Position numbers and translations under genes: made by a program | DNA from: Candidatus Omnitrophota bacterium | GTDB lineage: Bacteria; Ratteibacteria; UBA8468; MWAK01 | NCBI GenBank assembly: GCA_043826355.1 | Contig: JBDRQI010000001.1 | Location: 32,001-96,000 of the forward strand | Length of the DNA stretch: 64,000 nt | Direction of reading: 5' to 3' | The notes under the pieces: model-generated | What the model was told of the DNA's origin: nothing | Database searches by the model: none | The model's input: the letters and a program-made list of their open reading frames with translations, nothing else | Shown: piece after piece, positions 1 to 9,462 of the stretch | How positions within the stretch are numbered: position 1 is the stretch's first letter | Layout of the letters: each line of letters opens with the position of its first letter

Positions 1-392
1 GTTGCATCATACGGGCCCAGTTCCTGGACGAAATCAGCAAGGCATACCAGGAGAATCAGAATTTGCCCAACCTTTTGGCCGCCCCGAAATTCGCCGGATT
101 CGTAAGCCAAAATCTTATGAAACTGGCCCGGTTTATCGGGATTGCCCACAGCGCCGGGTTGCCGGTGATGGCTTTGACCAGCGCTTACGACTATATCGCC
201 CAGCTGGCCAGCCCGGCCATGTTTTCCGCCCAGGTGGCGGCGCTTCAGCGCGACTATTTCGGCGCCCACGGCTATTTCAAGATTGGCGGTCCAAAAGACC
301 CGAAACTTGTTACCAACGTTGACGGGAAGGTTCGGGAATACCACACGGAATGGTTATTTGAAGGCCGTCCGGAAAAGGAGATAACCAAATGA
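1..392 (+). CDS. gnd: 6-phosphogluconate dehydrogenase, C-terminal part (5'-truncated by window)
   Basis: Conserved C-terminal motif ALQRDYFGAH; stop overlaps the next start (ATGA). Confidence 0.8.
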   Translation, partial: CIIRAQFLDEISKAYQENQNLPNLLAAPKFAGFVSQNLMKLARFIGIAHSAGLPVMALTSAYDYIAQLASPAMFSAQVAALQRDYFGAHGYFKIGGPKDPKLVTNVDGKVREYHTEWLFEGRPEKEITK

Positions 393-1699
393 AAAATGCG
401 GTTATCGCCCAGTCCGGAGGACCCACCGCGGTCATCAACAACAGCATCCGCGGCGCAGTTGACGTCCTGAAAGCATCCGGCAAAGTCAGCCGGTTGTACG
501 GCGCCCGGATGGGTATTATCGGCGTCTTGCAGGAAGAATTACTGGATATTACCGAACAGAGCTCCGACCAGGTAGCCCTTTTGGAACAGACCCCTTCGGC
601 CGGAGTCTTTGGCAGTTGCCGGTACAAGATAAGGAGCGAAAAGGACCTGAACCGGGTAGTGGCGGTTTTCGCAAAACACGACGTGGGTTATTTCTTTTAC
701 TGCGGCGGAAATGATTCCATGGACACCGCGGATAAGATTAATAACCTGGCAAAGGAAAAGGGTCTGGACCTGGTTTGCGCCGGGATTGCCAAAACGATTG
801 ATAATGACGTAGGCGGCGGTTTACAGCCGGACGGCACCTTTGCGATTTGCGACCACAACCCGGGCTACGGCAGCACCATCAGGAGTTTGGCGGTCAATAT
901 CCTGGAAGCGAACCAGGAGAATAAAGCCAGTTATACCAGCGACCCGGTCCTGGTAATCGGCGTGATGGGCAGGAAGATCGGTTTTATTACCGCCGGCGCC
1001 CGGCTGGCTGACCCGGAACGAAAGATGCCCCTGGTGCTTGTTCTGCCGGAAGCGTTCGGAAAAACAAAGCCGGAAGAGAACCTGGAATATATTACCCGGA
1101 AAGTTAACGAGAAACTGGAAGCGTTCGGGCGCTGCATCGTAGTTGTCAGCGAAGGCGCAAACCTGGGAGATTTGGATATTCTGCGCGACAGTTTCGGCCA
1201 CGAACAGTTCAGCGGTTCCGGCAAAACTACCGAGGGAGTTTTAACCAACTATTTCAACGGTCTGGACCGGAAAGACAGCCGGGGCAGGGCGGAAAGCCGG
1301 CTTAAAATCAGGGGTATTGCCCGCTCGGAAAGACCCGGCACCAAACAGCGCCGTGAAATCGGGACCGTATCCGAAGTAGACCTGTTTGAGGCCTATCAGG
1401 TGGGCGCTGAAGCCGCCCGGATTGCCCTGGAAGGAGAAGGTGGTTTTATGGCTACTATTATCCGGGCGCCCGGCTCAAAGTACCAGGTATCTTTTGACAA
1501 GGTTCTTTTGAAGACGGTGGCTAACGCCGAAAGAAAGTTTCCGGCGGAATGGATTTCCGGAGACAGGATAGACGTAACCGAAGATTTCGTAAGATGGGCC
1601 CTGCCCCTGTTAGGCGGGCCTTTGCCGGTCTTTGCTGATTTCAAGAATGTTTTTGCTCCGAATCTGTGCGGGAAGTACGTTCCTTTTGCCTATCGTTAG
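389..1699 (+). CDS. PfkA-family phosphofructokinase, probably PPi-dependent
   Basis: AQSGGPTAVIN, GSCR, GGNDS, KTIDND and VMGR motifs. Confidence 0.9.
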   Translation: MKNAVIAQSGGPTAVINNSIRGAVDVLKASGKVSRLYGARMGIIGVLQEELLDITEQSSDQVALLEQTPSAGVFGSCRYKIRSEKDLNRVVAVFAKHDVGYFFYCGGNDSMDTADKINNLAKEKGLDLVCAGIAKTIDNDVGGGLQPDGTFAICDHNPGYGSTIRSLAVNILEANQENKASYTSDPVLVIGVMGRKIGFITAGARLADPERKMPLVLVLPEAFGKTKPEENLEYITRKVNEKLEAFGRCIVVVSEGANLGDLDILRDSFGHEQFSGSGKTTEGVLTNYFNGLDRKDSRGRAESRLKIRGIARSERPGTKQRREIGTVSEVDLFEAYQVGAEAARIALEGEGGFMATIIRAPGSKYQVSFDKVLLKTVANAERKFPAEWISGDRIDVTEDFVRWALPLLGGPLPVFADFKNVFAPNLCGKYVPFAYR

Positions 1700-1727
1700 G
1701 AAATTAGGGACAACCCCCTAATTTCCT
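1698..1727. repeat. Palindromic repeat family AATTAGGG-N-CCCTAATT, copy 1
   Basis: ggaaattagggacaacccctaatttcc; same family as 2785-2857. Confidence 0.75.
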
Positions 1728-1740
1728 AATAGGAGAATCT

Positions 1741-2784
1741 ATGCTTTTAACCAAACTTGCCCAGAGAGAGATTAAGGAAGACCCGGAACAGCAATTGAGA
1801 AATTTTAAGCGGACCAAGGATTTTCTGGTGGCCATCGATACCGATGGCTGCGTGACCGACAACATGAACGGAAAGCAAATCCTTATCTTCCATCCCCAGT
1901 ATCTGGAATTTTACCAACTATGGGGGATTGAATCTTATTTCCGGGAAGTGGCCGAGTATTACAACCTTTTTTCCGTCCATCGGGGCTGCAACCGGTTTCT
2001 GGCCGTCCAATTTACCCTAAAAGCGCTGGCGGCCAGAGAAGATGTTGCCGGTGCCGCGGAAGAAAAGGGGGTTTTGCTGCCGGACATAAAACCACTTGAT
2101 GATTACATCGCCTGTTGCAGTCAGAATAATCTGGGTTTGGGAAACCCGAGCCTGGAAAAATTTCTGGCTACCCGGCCCCTGGACCTTGCTATTTATAAAC
2201 TGCTGGGCTGGAGCGAAGCGGTAAACCGGACTTTCCCCTTCGTTAATACCAAAATCCCGCCCTTTGATAACGTAAGCGAGTCCCTGAAACTGATGGCGGA
2301 GAATGCGGATGTCCTGGTAGTTTCCCAGACTCCGTATGAAGACCTGGTCAATTACTGGGATGCCCAGGGGATTTCGGAGCATATCCGTTTTATCGCCGGC
2401 CAGGAAATGGGCAACAAGACACACCACATCCAGGTTGTTAAAGCGGCCGGCGGGTATGAGGACAGCAAGGTGCTGATGCTCGGCGACGGCGACGGTGATT
2501 ACCGGGCGGTTAATAAGAATAACGGACTTTTTTACCCGATACCGGCCGGGCTTGAACAGGAAGCCTGGCGCAAATTTCCGGAAAGGTTTGAACTGTTCTT
2601 AAAAGGGGAATATAAAGGAGAGATTGAAGACAAACTTTTTTCCGAATTTTCCAAAGTTTTACTCAACACGCCGCCCTGGGAAGAACCGGGCTACGACCAC
2701 AAAAAGGCATACCGGGCAAAACAGGAAATCAGAAAGACACTGTACGCAAAACTCAATCCCGGCGGCCGTCTGCTGACACTTTGA
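1741..2784 (+). CDS. HAD-superfamily hydrolase/phosphatase
   Basis: Motif I DTDGC, motif II VVSQT, motif IV MLGDGDGD. Confidence 0.8.
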   Translation: MLLTKLAQREIKEDPEQQLRNFKRTKDFLVAIDTDGCVTDNMNGKQILIFHPQYLEFYQLWGIESYFREVAEYYNLFSVHRGCNRFLAVQFTLKALAAREDVAGAAEEKGVLLPDIKPLDDYIACCSQNNLGLGNPSLEKFLATRPLDLAIYKLLGWSEAVNRTFPFVNTKIPPFDNVSESLKLMAENADVLVVSQTPYEDLVNYWDAQGISEHIRFIAGQEMGNKTHHIQVVKAAGGYEDSKVLMLGDGDGDYRAVNKNNGLFYPIPAGLEQEAWRKFPERFELFLKGEYKGEIEDKLFSEFSKVLLNTPPWEEPGYDHKKAYRAKQEIRKTLYAKLNPGGRLLTL

Positions 2785-2857
2785 GGAAATTAGGGACAGC
2801 CCCCTAATTTTCGCTATTTCGCCTAAATTAAAAAATTAGGGGGCTGTCCCTAATTTC
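2785..2857. repeat. Inverted doublet of the AATTAGGG palindromic repeat
   Basis: aaattagggacagccccctaattt followed by its inverse aaattagggggctgtccctaattt. Confidence 0.8.
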
Positions 2858-2868
2858 AAAAGGATAAA

Positions 2869-4176
2869 ATGCTATTTGGCAAAGGTAATTCTGAAACCTT
2901 TTTCTCCGACGCAGAGTTGGCATCTCTCTGTGTCGAAGGACTGAAGAAAGGTAATTTCAGCGGTAAAAAAGTTCTGGTAATCATCCCGGATGCCACCCGG
3001 TCCGGCCCGATTAAACTGATCTTCCGGGCAATCTGCGAAGCCCTGCAGCCGCAAGCCGGAAAGGTTGATTTTATCGTTGCCCTGGGAACACATCCGGAGA
3101 TGTCTGAAGAAAAGATAAATGCTCATCTGGGACTGACGGCCGCGGAGAGAAGCGGCAAATTCCGTAATGTTGGAATATTTCAGCACCGTTGGTCTCATTC
3201 TGAGGAATTAAAACAGATAGGTGTTATTGCTGCGGCCCGGGTGGCGGAGATTTCCGCCGGTCTTTTGCGCGAAGATATTCCGGTGACGATAAACAAAAAA
3301 GTTTTTGATTACCAGGAACTTATCCTGGTCGGACCGGTCTTCCCCCACGAAGTAGTCGGATTTTCCGGCGGCTATAAATACCTTTTCCCCGGTATCGCCG
3401 GTCCCCAATTCCTCCATAAATTTCACTGGCTGGGCGCGCTCATCACCAATCCCAAGATAAACGGAACCAAAGATACCCCGGTCAGGCGAGCGCTCAACGA
3501 AGCCGCCTCGTTCCTTAACCTCCCCATTACAAACATTTCTTATGTCGTTAAGGAAAAGAAGGCCTACGGCCTGTACATCGGCGGACAGGGGGCGTGGTCA
3601 ATTGCCGCCGACCTTTCCAGCCGTCTCAATATTCGATATGTTGCAAAGAGTTTCCACACCGTTTTATCAATGGCTCCGGAGATGTACGAAGATATCTGGA
3701 CCGCCGGAAAGTGTATGTATAAACTGGAACCGGTTGTGGCGGACAAAGGAACCCTGATAATTTACGCGCCTCACATTACTGAGGTTTCCTATACTCACGG
3801 AGACGATATCAAGAAGGTGGGTTATCACACCCGCGATTTTTTCTTAAAGCAATGGGATAAATTTAAAGATATTTCAGGGGCCATCCTGGCACATTCTACC
3901 CACGTTAAGGGAATCGGCACCTACACTTTCCTCCCCCCCGGTGGGGGAGGAGGCGTGGTGGGGGGGTATGAAAATCCCCGCGTCAACGTAGTCTTGGCGA
4001 CCGGAATTCCTGAGGAGGAATGCCGGAGAATCAATCTCGGCTACCTGGATTTTCGGAAGATAAGGATTGAAGATTATACCGGCAAGGAGGACCAGGGAAT
4101 TCTGAAAGTGGAAAATGCCGGAGAGATACTTTTCCGCCTGGCCAGTGACATTGTTCCGGACATAGACAAACTATAA
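2869..4176 (+). CDS. LarA-family (lactate racemase domain) nickel-pincer racemase/epimerase
   Basis: IIPDATR, VALGTH, PHEVVGFSGGYK, HWLGA and HSTHVKG motifs. Confidence 0.85.
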   Translation: MLFGKGNSETFFSDAELASLCVEGLKKGNFSGKKVLVIIPDATRSGPIKLIFRAICEALQPQAGKVDFIVALGTHPEMSEEKINAHLGLTAAERSGKFRNVGIFQHRWSHSEELKQIGVIAAARVAEISAGLLREDIPVTINKKVFDYQELILVGPVFPHEVVGFSGGYKYLFPGIAGPQFLHKFHWLGALITNPKINGTKDTPVRRALNEAASFLNLPITNISYVVKEKKAYGLYIGGQGAWSIAADLSSRLNIRYVAKSFHTVLSMAPEMYEDIWTAGKCMYKLEPVVADKGTLIIYAPHITEVSYTHGDDIKKVGYHTRDFFLKQWDKFKDISGAILAHSTHVKGIGTYTFLPPGGGGGVVGGYENPRVNVVLATGIPEEECRRINLGYLDFRKIRIEDYTGKEDQGILKVENAGEILFRLASDIVPDIDKL

Positions 4177-4179
4177 AAG

Positions 4180-5598
4180 ATGATAATTAAGCAAAACCAG
4201 GATGAAATTCAAAGTTACCTGGAAGATGCGTCCAATTTCCGGGCCGGCAGCGCGGAAGCGCTCTACGTCCCGGAAAACGAGGCGGAGATAGTTCAGGCGG
4301 TTTTGGAGTGCAGCCGGGAGAAGATTCCCTTAACTATCAACGGCGGCGGCACCGGAACCGTAGCGGGTCGCATTCCGGTGGGCGGCCGTATCCTTACCGT
4401 GGAGAAACTTGACCGTATTCTCTCTGTTGAACCGGAGCGCAGGCGGGCATCGCTGCAGGCCGGAGTGATTGTCGATAACTTCCTGAACTTGCTGGAAAAG
4501 GATAATCTTTTCTACCCCCCCTTCCCTACCGAAAGGACCGCCTTTATTTCGGGAAACGCTTCCACCAACGCCTCCGGCGAGTACAGTTATTATTTCGGGC
4601 CGACCCGCCGATACGTGGAACGGCTGAAAGTTGTTCTTTCCGACGGCGAGATTGTGGAGATAAAAAGAGGCGAGTCATTTGCCGGCCGCGGCGGTTTTTT
4701 AAAAATAGGGTCTAAAAAGGTCAAGACACCTTCCTATGTAACCCCGGACATCAAATGTTCCGCCGGATATTTCTGCCGGCCCGGCATGGACGCCATCGAC
4801 CTTTTTATCGGTTCGGAGGGTACCCTGGGTATTTTTACCGAGGTGGACGTGTCGCTCATACCGTCGCTTTCCAACCGGGTGATTATGGTCTTTTTCTTTT
4901 CCGAAAAAGAACGTCTCCTTGATTTCCTGTCCGTAGTTAAAAGTGATAAGGCCCTTTCCGCTCTTACCCTGGAATATTTTGACAGCCACAGTCTGGATTT
5001 TTTACGGCCGGACTTTCCCAAAATACCGGAGTGCAAATTCGCTTTATACGTTGAAGCGCTGGAAAGCAGTTTGGAAAAATGGCTGGACCTTCTGGAAGGG
5101 TATCCGATTATCGATACCTGGGTGGGCCAGGATGCAAAATCCTATCAGACCCTGATCGATTTCCGGCATCGCCTGCCGGAAAATATTAATGCCTACTTTA
5201 AAAAAATCGGTTCCACCAAGGTTTCCCTTGATTTTGCGGTTCCGGCGGACCGGTTCGCAGAACTCTATACCTATTACCAAAATGTCCGGGAGGCAAATAG
5301 CGACGTAGAAACTATCCTTTTCGGCCACATCGGCGAAAACCATCTTCATTTTAACTATTTTCCCAAAGACCAGAAGGAAAAAGAGCGGGTCAGCCGTCTT
5401 TACGAAGAGGCCGCGGGTAAAGTCATTTCCATGGGCGGGACGATTGCCGCGGAACACGGCATCGGTAAATTGAAACATAAATATCTGGAAATGATGTACG
5501 GCAAGGAAGGAATCTCGCAGATGGCAGCAGTGAAAAAGACGCTGGACCCGGCCGGCATACTTGGGCTTGACAATATTTTTCCCCGCACTTTACTGTAG
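4180..5598 (+). CDS. FAD-linked oxidase (GlcD/D-2-hydroxyacid dehydrogenase family)
   Basis: GGGTG, GSEGTLG, FGHIGENHLH, AEHGIGKLK and LDP motifs. Confidence 0.88.
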   Translation: MIIKQNQDEIQSYLEDASNFRAGSAEALYVPENEAEIVQAVLECSREKIPLTINGGGTGTVAGRIPVGGRILTVEKLDRILSVEPERRRASLQAGVIVDNFLNLLEKDNLFYPPFPTERTAFISGNASTNASGEYSYYFGPTRRYVERLKVVLSDGEIVEIKRGESFAGRGGFLKIGSKKVKTPSYVTPDIKCSAGYFCRPGMDAIDLFIGSEGTLGIFTEVDVSLIPSLSNRVIMVFFFSEKERLLDFLSVVKSDKALSALTLEYFDSHSLDFLRPDFPKIPECKFALYVEALESSLEKWLDLLEGYPIIDTWVGQDAKSYQTLIDFRHRLPENINAYFKKIGSTKVSLDFAVPADRFAELYTYYQNVREANSDVETILFGHIGENHLHFNYFPKDQKEKERVSRLYEEAAGKVISMGGTIAAEHGIGKLKHKYLEMMYGKEGISQMAAVKKTLDPAGILGLDNIFPRTLL

Positions 5599-5672
5599 AG
5601 AGATTTTAATCATCCTTGATTTTCCTCCCCATAGATACGGGGGGGTGGGGCGGGAGTGGAAAAGGGGCTAAA

Positions 5673-6767
5673 ATGTTAAAGGTACCTTTGGCAAAGCCGA
5701 AGCCGGATATTGGAAAATTTCTCAGGGTTATCCGGGGCGAAGAGATACCGGAAAGGCCTCCTCTGGTAGAACTCTTTCTTGACCACGAAATAGTGCGGGA
5801 AATTTCCCGCACCTGCCTTAGCCGTAATTGGACTGAGCCATCCGCAGATTGGGAATCGCAAACCGCCTATTTAAAGAACTGGATAGAGGTATACTATCGG
5901 ATGGGTTACGACTACGTGCGCATGTCCGGCGGTCTTGATTTTTCCGGTAAGAGTCGATTAAGCAAAAACACGGCTGCTCTTTCAACGGGGAATCGGAACT
6001 GGGCCGAAGAAGGCAAAGGCCCGATAAGTACCTGGCAGGAGTTTGAAAATTACCCCTGGCCTAACCCGGGGAAACAAAACTTGCGCGAGTATGAATTTGT
6101 AGCGCAGAACCTGCCGGAAGGGATGGGTCTTTTTGTCTGTCCGGCCAGTGGTTTTCTGGAAATACCCCTGGACAACCTTTTTGGTTATCAGAATCTTTGT
6201 TATCTTCTTTACGACAATCCGAAATTGGTATCCGCCGTCTTTGATAAAGTCGGTCGGATAATATACGAATTTTACGAGCGGCTGCTGGGCCTGCCTAACC
6301 TCTGTGGGTTCTTCCAGGGAGACGACATGGGTTACAAGACCGGCACCTTGATTGCGCCGGACGAAATTCGCAAACATGTATTGCCCTGGCACAAAAAACT
6401 GGCCGCTCTTGCGCACCAGCAGAAACTGGTTTATCTCCTCCACACCTGCGGCAATCTGGAACAGATAACCGGGGATTTGATTGACGACGTGAAGATAGAC
6501 GGCCGTCATTCTTTTGAAGATGAAGGCAATCCGGTCGTAGATTTTAAGAGAAAATACGGCAGCAGGACAGCGGTTCTCGGCGGTGTTGATGTTGACAAGT
6601 TATGCCGCCTGCCGGAGGATGCTTTGCGCACTCATGTGCGGCAGATTATCAAGACCTGTCTGCCTGGCGGCCGCTTTGCTCTGGGCTCCGGAAATACGGT
6701 GGCAAATTACGTACCCATCTCCAACTATTTGGCGATGGTGGAAGAAGGCTTGAACTTTAGAGGGTGA
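5673..6767 (+). CDS. Uroporphyrinogen decarboxylase-like (URO-D/MtaA superfamily) protein
   Basis: GDDMG, LHTCGN, GGVDVD and GSGNTV motifs; ATG at 5673 chosen because the upstream extension is repeat-derived. Confidence 0.8.
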   Translation: MLKVPLAKPKPDIGKFLRVIRGEEIPERPPLVELFLDHEIVREISRTCLSRNWTEPSADWESQTAYLKNWIEVYYRMGYDYVRMSGGLDFSGKSRLSKNTAALSTGNRNWAEEGKGPISTWQEFENYPWPNPGKQNLREYEFVAQNLPEGMGLFVCPASGFLEIPLDNLFGYQNLCYLLYDNPKLVSAVFDKVGRIIYEFYERLLGLPNLCGFFQGDDMGYKTGTLIAPDEIRKHVLPWHKKLAALAHQQKLVYLLHTCGNLEQITGDLIDDVKIDGRHSFEDEGNPVVDFKRKYGSRTAVLGGVDVDKLCRLPEDALRTHVRQIIKTCLPGGRFALGSGNTVANYVPISNYLAMVEEGLNFRG

Positions 6768-6798
6768 AAACAATCCAAAAGAATTAAAGGATTTTGTA

Positions 6799-6983
6799 TT
6801 TCTTCAAGAGAGGTTCGTCTCTTTTGCGGCACTTGCGAAGCGGTAGTGTAAGACAAGCAGAACGAAGGGATGAGTATCCGTGGCTCATACGGAGTAGTAT
6901 TGAGAACACGGAGAGTCTCGTTCCTGAGTTGCGTAGATTTTACCTGATGCGCAGCGCGTGCAGAAAAAGAGACAACCGAACGC
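6799..6983 (+). repeat. ~190-nt long-hairpin element, copy A
   Basis: Homologous to the reverse complement of 9266-9450; nested inverted repeats. Confidence 0.8.
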
Positions 6984-6986
6984 TCT

Positions 6987-7913
6987 ATGATTATTCTGGG
7001 AATTGAAAGTTCCTGCGACGAAACCGCAGCCGCCCTGGTAGCGGACGGCACTAAAATATTGTCTTCCGAGGTTGCCAGCCAGGAGGATATTCACTCTCTT
7101 TACGGCGGAGTGGTTCCGGAACTGGCCAGCCGGCAGCACCTGGAAGTAATCGTGCCCATTTTTAAACGCTGCTTGCAGAAAGCCGGCATCAAAATATCGG
7201 CGGTAAATGCGGTGGCAGCCACCACCGCACCGGGCCTTTCCGGTTCCCTGCTTGTCGGAGACAATTTTGGCCGTGCCGTTGCCCTTGCCCTGGAAGTTCC
7301 GTTTGTACCGGTTAATCATCTTGAAGCGCATCTGGCCGCAAACTTTTTTCCTCAATTGCCGGAATTTCCGGCTCTCGGACTGGTTGTTTCCGGCGGTCAC
7401 TCCTCACTTTTTCTCCTTTCCGGTCCGAACGATTTTCAAGTTTTAGGTGAAACCAGGGATGATGCCGCCGGTGAGACATTTGATAAAATAGCCCGGGTTC
7501 TTTCTTTGTGCTATCCCGGCGGCCCGCCCCTGGAAAGGTTGGCGGCGACCGCGGAAAGCGCAATCCGTTTTCCGCTGCCCGGCGTAAAGAATTCGTACGA
7601 TTTTAGTTTCAGCGGCTTAAAGACCGCAGTTGTTTATTATCTGAAAGAACATCCGGAGGCTGATAAGGCGGCGGTGGCTGCCGGTTTCCAGAATTCGGTG
7701 GTGGAAGGTCTGATACGAAAACTTGAGTATGCCCGTAACCGGCATAAGGTTCGTTCCATCCTGACCGGCGGCGGGGTTCTGGCAAACAATTTTTTGAGGT
7801 CTAAACTCAAAATCTGGGCAGAAGAGAAAGGGATAGGACTGCGGATACCTTCAGTCGCTTTTTCGCTGGATAATGCGGGTATGGTTGCGGTTAGGGCTTT
7901 CTACCTTCTGTAA
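6987..7913 (+). CDS. tsaD: tRNA N6-adenosine threonylcarbamoyltransferase
   Basis: ILGIESSCDET, GGVVPELASR, HLEAH, SGGHS, TRDDAAGE and FSFSGLKT motifs. Confidence 0.96.
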   Translation: MIILGIESSCDETAAALVADGTKILSSEVASQEDIHSLYGGVVPELASRQHLEVIVPIFKRCLQKAGIKISAVNAVAATTAPGLSGSLLVGDNFGRAVALALEVPFVPVNHLEAHLAANFFPQLPEFPALGLVVSGGHSSLFLLSGPNDFQVLGETRDDAAGETFDKIARVLSLCYPGGPPLERLAATAESAIRFPLPGVKNSYDFSFSGLKTAVVYYLKEHPEADKAAVAAGFQNSVVEGLIRKLEYARNRHKVRSILTGGGVLANNFLRSKLKIWAEEKGIGLRIPSVAFSLDNAGMVAVRAFYLL

Positions 7914-8384
7914 AAATTCCTTCAGTAGTTCCAGCGCCTTGATGCAGGCGGACTGCCTGATTTCCTGCCGGTTTCCGGAAAAGTTAAACTGACGGACTAA
8001 TCTTGTTTTGCGCGCTTCCAGGCCGATGTAAACCAGTCCGATTGACTTACCGGTTGTTTCTCCGGAAGGTCCGGCAATCCCCGTTATTGACAGGCCAACC
8101 CTGGCGGTCGTCGCTTTCCGGGCGCCCCGGGCCATGGCAACCGCGGTTTCTGCGCTTACGGCACCGAACTTGCGCAGACAGGGTGCTGTTACTTTTAACA
8201 CCTTTTTTTTAACTTTATTACGATACGCCACGATACTGCCGTTAAAATACCCGGAACTGCCCGGAATATCGGTTATCGCGGCGGCCAAAAGCCCGCCGGT
8301 GCAGGATTCGGCAAGTCCCAGAGTTAAGTTTTTGGCAAGTAAAAGCCCGCCGATTTTTTCCGCTAAACTCGTCAATTCTTCCAT
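7851..8384 (-). CDS. CinA C-terminal domain / nicotinamide-nucleotide amidase (PncC-like)
   Basis: AESCTGG, GAVS and SITGIAGP motifs; converges on tsaD with a 63-bp overlap. Confidence 0.9.
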   Translation of the reverse strand: MEELTSLAEKIGGLLLAKNLTLGLAESCTGGLLAAAITDIPGSSGYFNGSIVAYRNKVKKKVLKVTAPCLRKFGAVSAETAVAMARGARKATTARVGLSITGIAGPSGETTGKSIGLVYIGLEARKTRLVRQFNFSGNRQEIRQSACIKALELLKEFLQKVESPNRNHTRIIQRKSD

Positions 8385-8544
8385 AGGAAATTTTATCCAC
8401 AACGTATCCTTATTATCTAATTTAATCGTGGGTGAGGTCAAATATCTTGCCTTTTTTCTCTATTTTGGGTTATAATTTCCCGGTAAGAAGAGTATATTTG
8501 GTATAATTTTTGCTTGTGTGGAATAAAGAATTATAGGAGGCGGT

Positions 8545-8973
8545 ATGAAAATAATGGCGCGGGTTTTAGGTGTTTTGGGTCTTTTGGTTCTGGTGGTGGC
8601 GATAATCGCCTGCCTGATGGCCCGTCAATACAAAAGGGCATACCTGAATGAAAAGTCGGCCCGGGCCACCGATATAGCAGAGACCGCAGGCCTGTTTCTC
8701 ACCTTTGCCCAGGAGAATCTGTTGAAAGCAAGTCTCGCGGTAAACCGGGGTAATTTTGAAGAAGCCAAGGATGAGATAGCGTCAGCCAAAAAAAGTTTGG
8801 GCGTCTTTGCCAGCCGGCCGCTTCCGGAAGAGATGAAGGGAACCGGTGATTTCAGCGCTTCCGTAGCCGAAATTGAAACCGATTTGGTTAAGGTTAATCC
8901 GGATGTCCAAAAGAAGATTCTGGTTTTAGCGGGTACGATTACAGACCTGCTTAATTCCGCAAACAAAAAGTAA
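8545..8973 (+). CDS. Hypothetical protein with N-terminal membrane anchor
   Basis: GGAGG RBS, hydrophobic N-terminus, helical remainder. Confidence 0.65.
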   Translation: MKIMARVLGVLGLLVLVVAIIACLMARQYKRAYLNEKSARATDIAETAGLFLTFAQENLLKASLAVNRGNFEEAKDEIASAKKSLGVFASRPLPEEMKGTGDFSASVAEIETDLVKVNPDVQKKILVLAGTITDLLNSANKK

Positions 8974-9010
8974 TATTAATACAAACGAATTAAATATTTT
9001 GACGCAGTAA

Positions 9011-9097
9011 TGTAGGTGAGAGGATTCCTCCCCTTCCGCGGGCGGGGATTCGCCTTCGCCAAGGTTGGGGAGGACACAGCGTAACCCCATCCCTACA
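9011..9097. repeat. GTAG-type REP doublet with a nested short palindrome
   Basis: tgtagg...ccctaca ends; internal ccttcgccaaggttggggagg. Confidence 0.65.
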
Positions 9098-9126
9098 ATT
9101 TTTTGATGTAAATTTACGAAAACGCC

Positions 9127-9172
9127 AGAATGCCCCGCCCTGTGGGCGGGGTTCTGCGCTTATTGCGTTTGT
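9127..9172 (+). repeat. IS200/IS605-end-like hairpin GCCCCGCCCTGTGGGCGGGG
   Basis: Related copies at 13225-13260 and, inverted, 57931-57965. Confidence 0.55.
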
Positions 9173-9186
9173 ACTAGTGGTATATT

Positions 9187-9259
9187 GGGGCGTTGGTCCA
9201 GTGGCCCAAGATAACGGCCTTTCACGCCGTCGACACGGGTTCGATTCCCGTACGCCCCG
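9187..9259 (+). tRNA. tRNA-Glu(TTC), CCA not encoded
   Basis: Acceptor stem GGGGCGT/ACGCCCC; anticodon arm ACGGC-CTTTCAC-GCCGT; T arm ACGGG-TTCGATT-CCCGT. Confidence 0.95.
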
Positions 9260-9265
9260 CACGGC

Positions 9266-9450
9266 ACTCGGTTGTCTGGTCCGCGGAACACTCTACGTGA
9301 CGGACAAAACTACGCAACTCGGGAACGAGGCTCTCCGTGTTCTCACCTACACTTCAAGGCGAGCCCCGGATACTCATTCCCTCGTATTGCTTGTTTTGTT
9401 CCCGTCACTCCGCGAAGTTCCGCTTGCCAGACGATCCTCGTTTAGAGAAA
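9266..9450 (-). repeat. ~190-nt long-hairpin element, copy B
   Basis: Reverse complement shares ATGAGTATCCG, TGAGAACACGGAGAGYCTCGTTCCYGAGTTGCGTAG and AGACAACCGA with copy A. Confidence 0.8.
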
Positions 9451-9462
9451 AACTATAAAATT

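Noticed and set aside
9187..9450. tRNA-Glu as the attachment site of an integrated island
   Set aside because: No adjacent integrase, and I saw no duplicated tRNA 3' end in the window.
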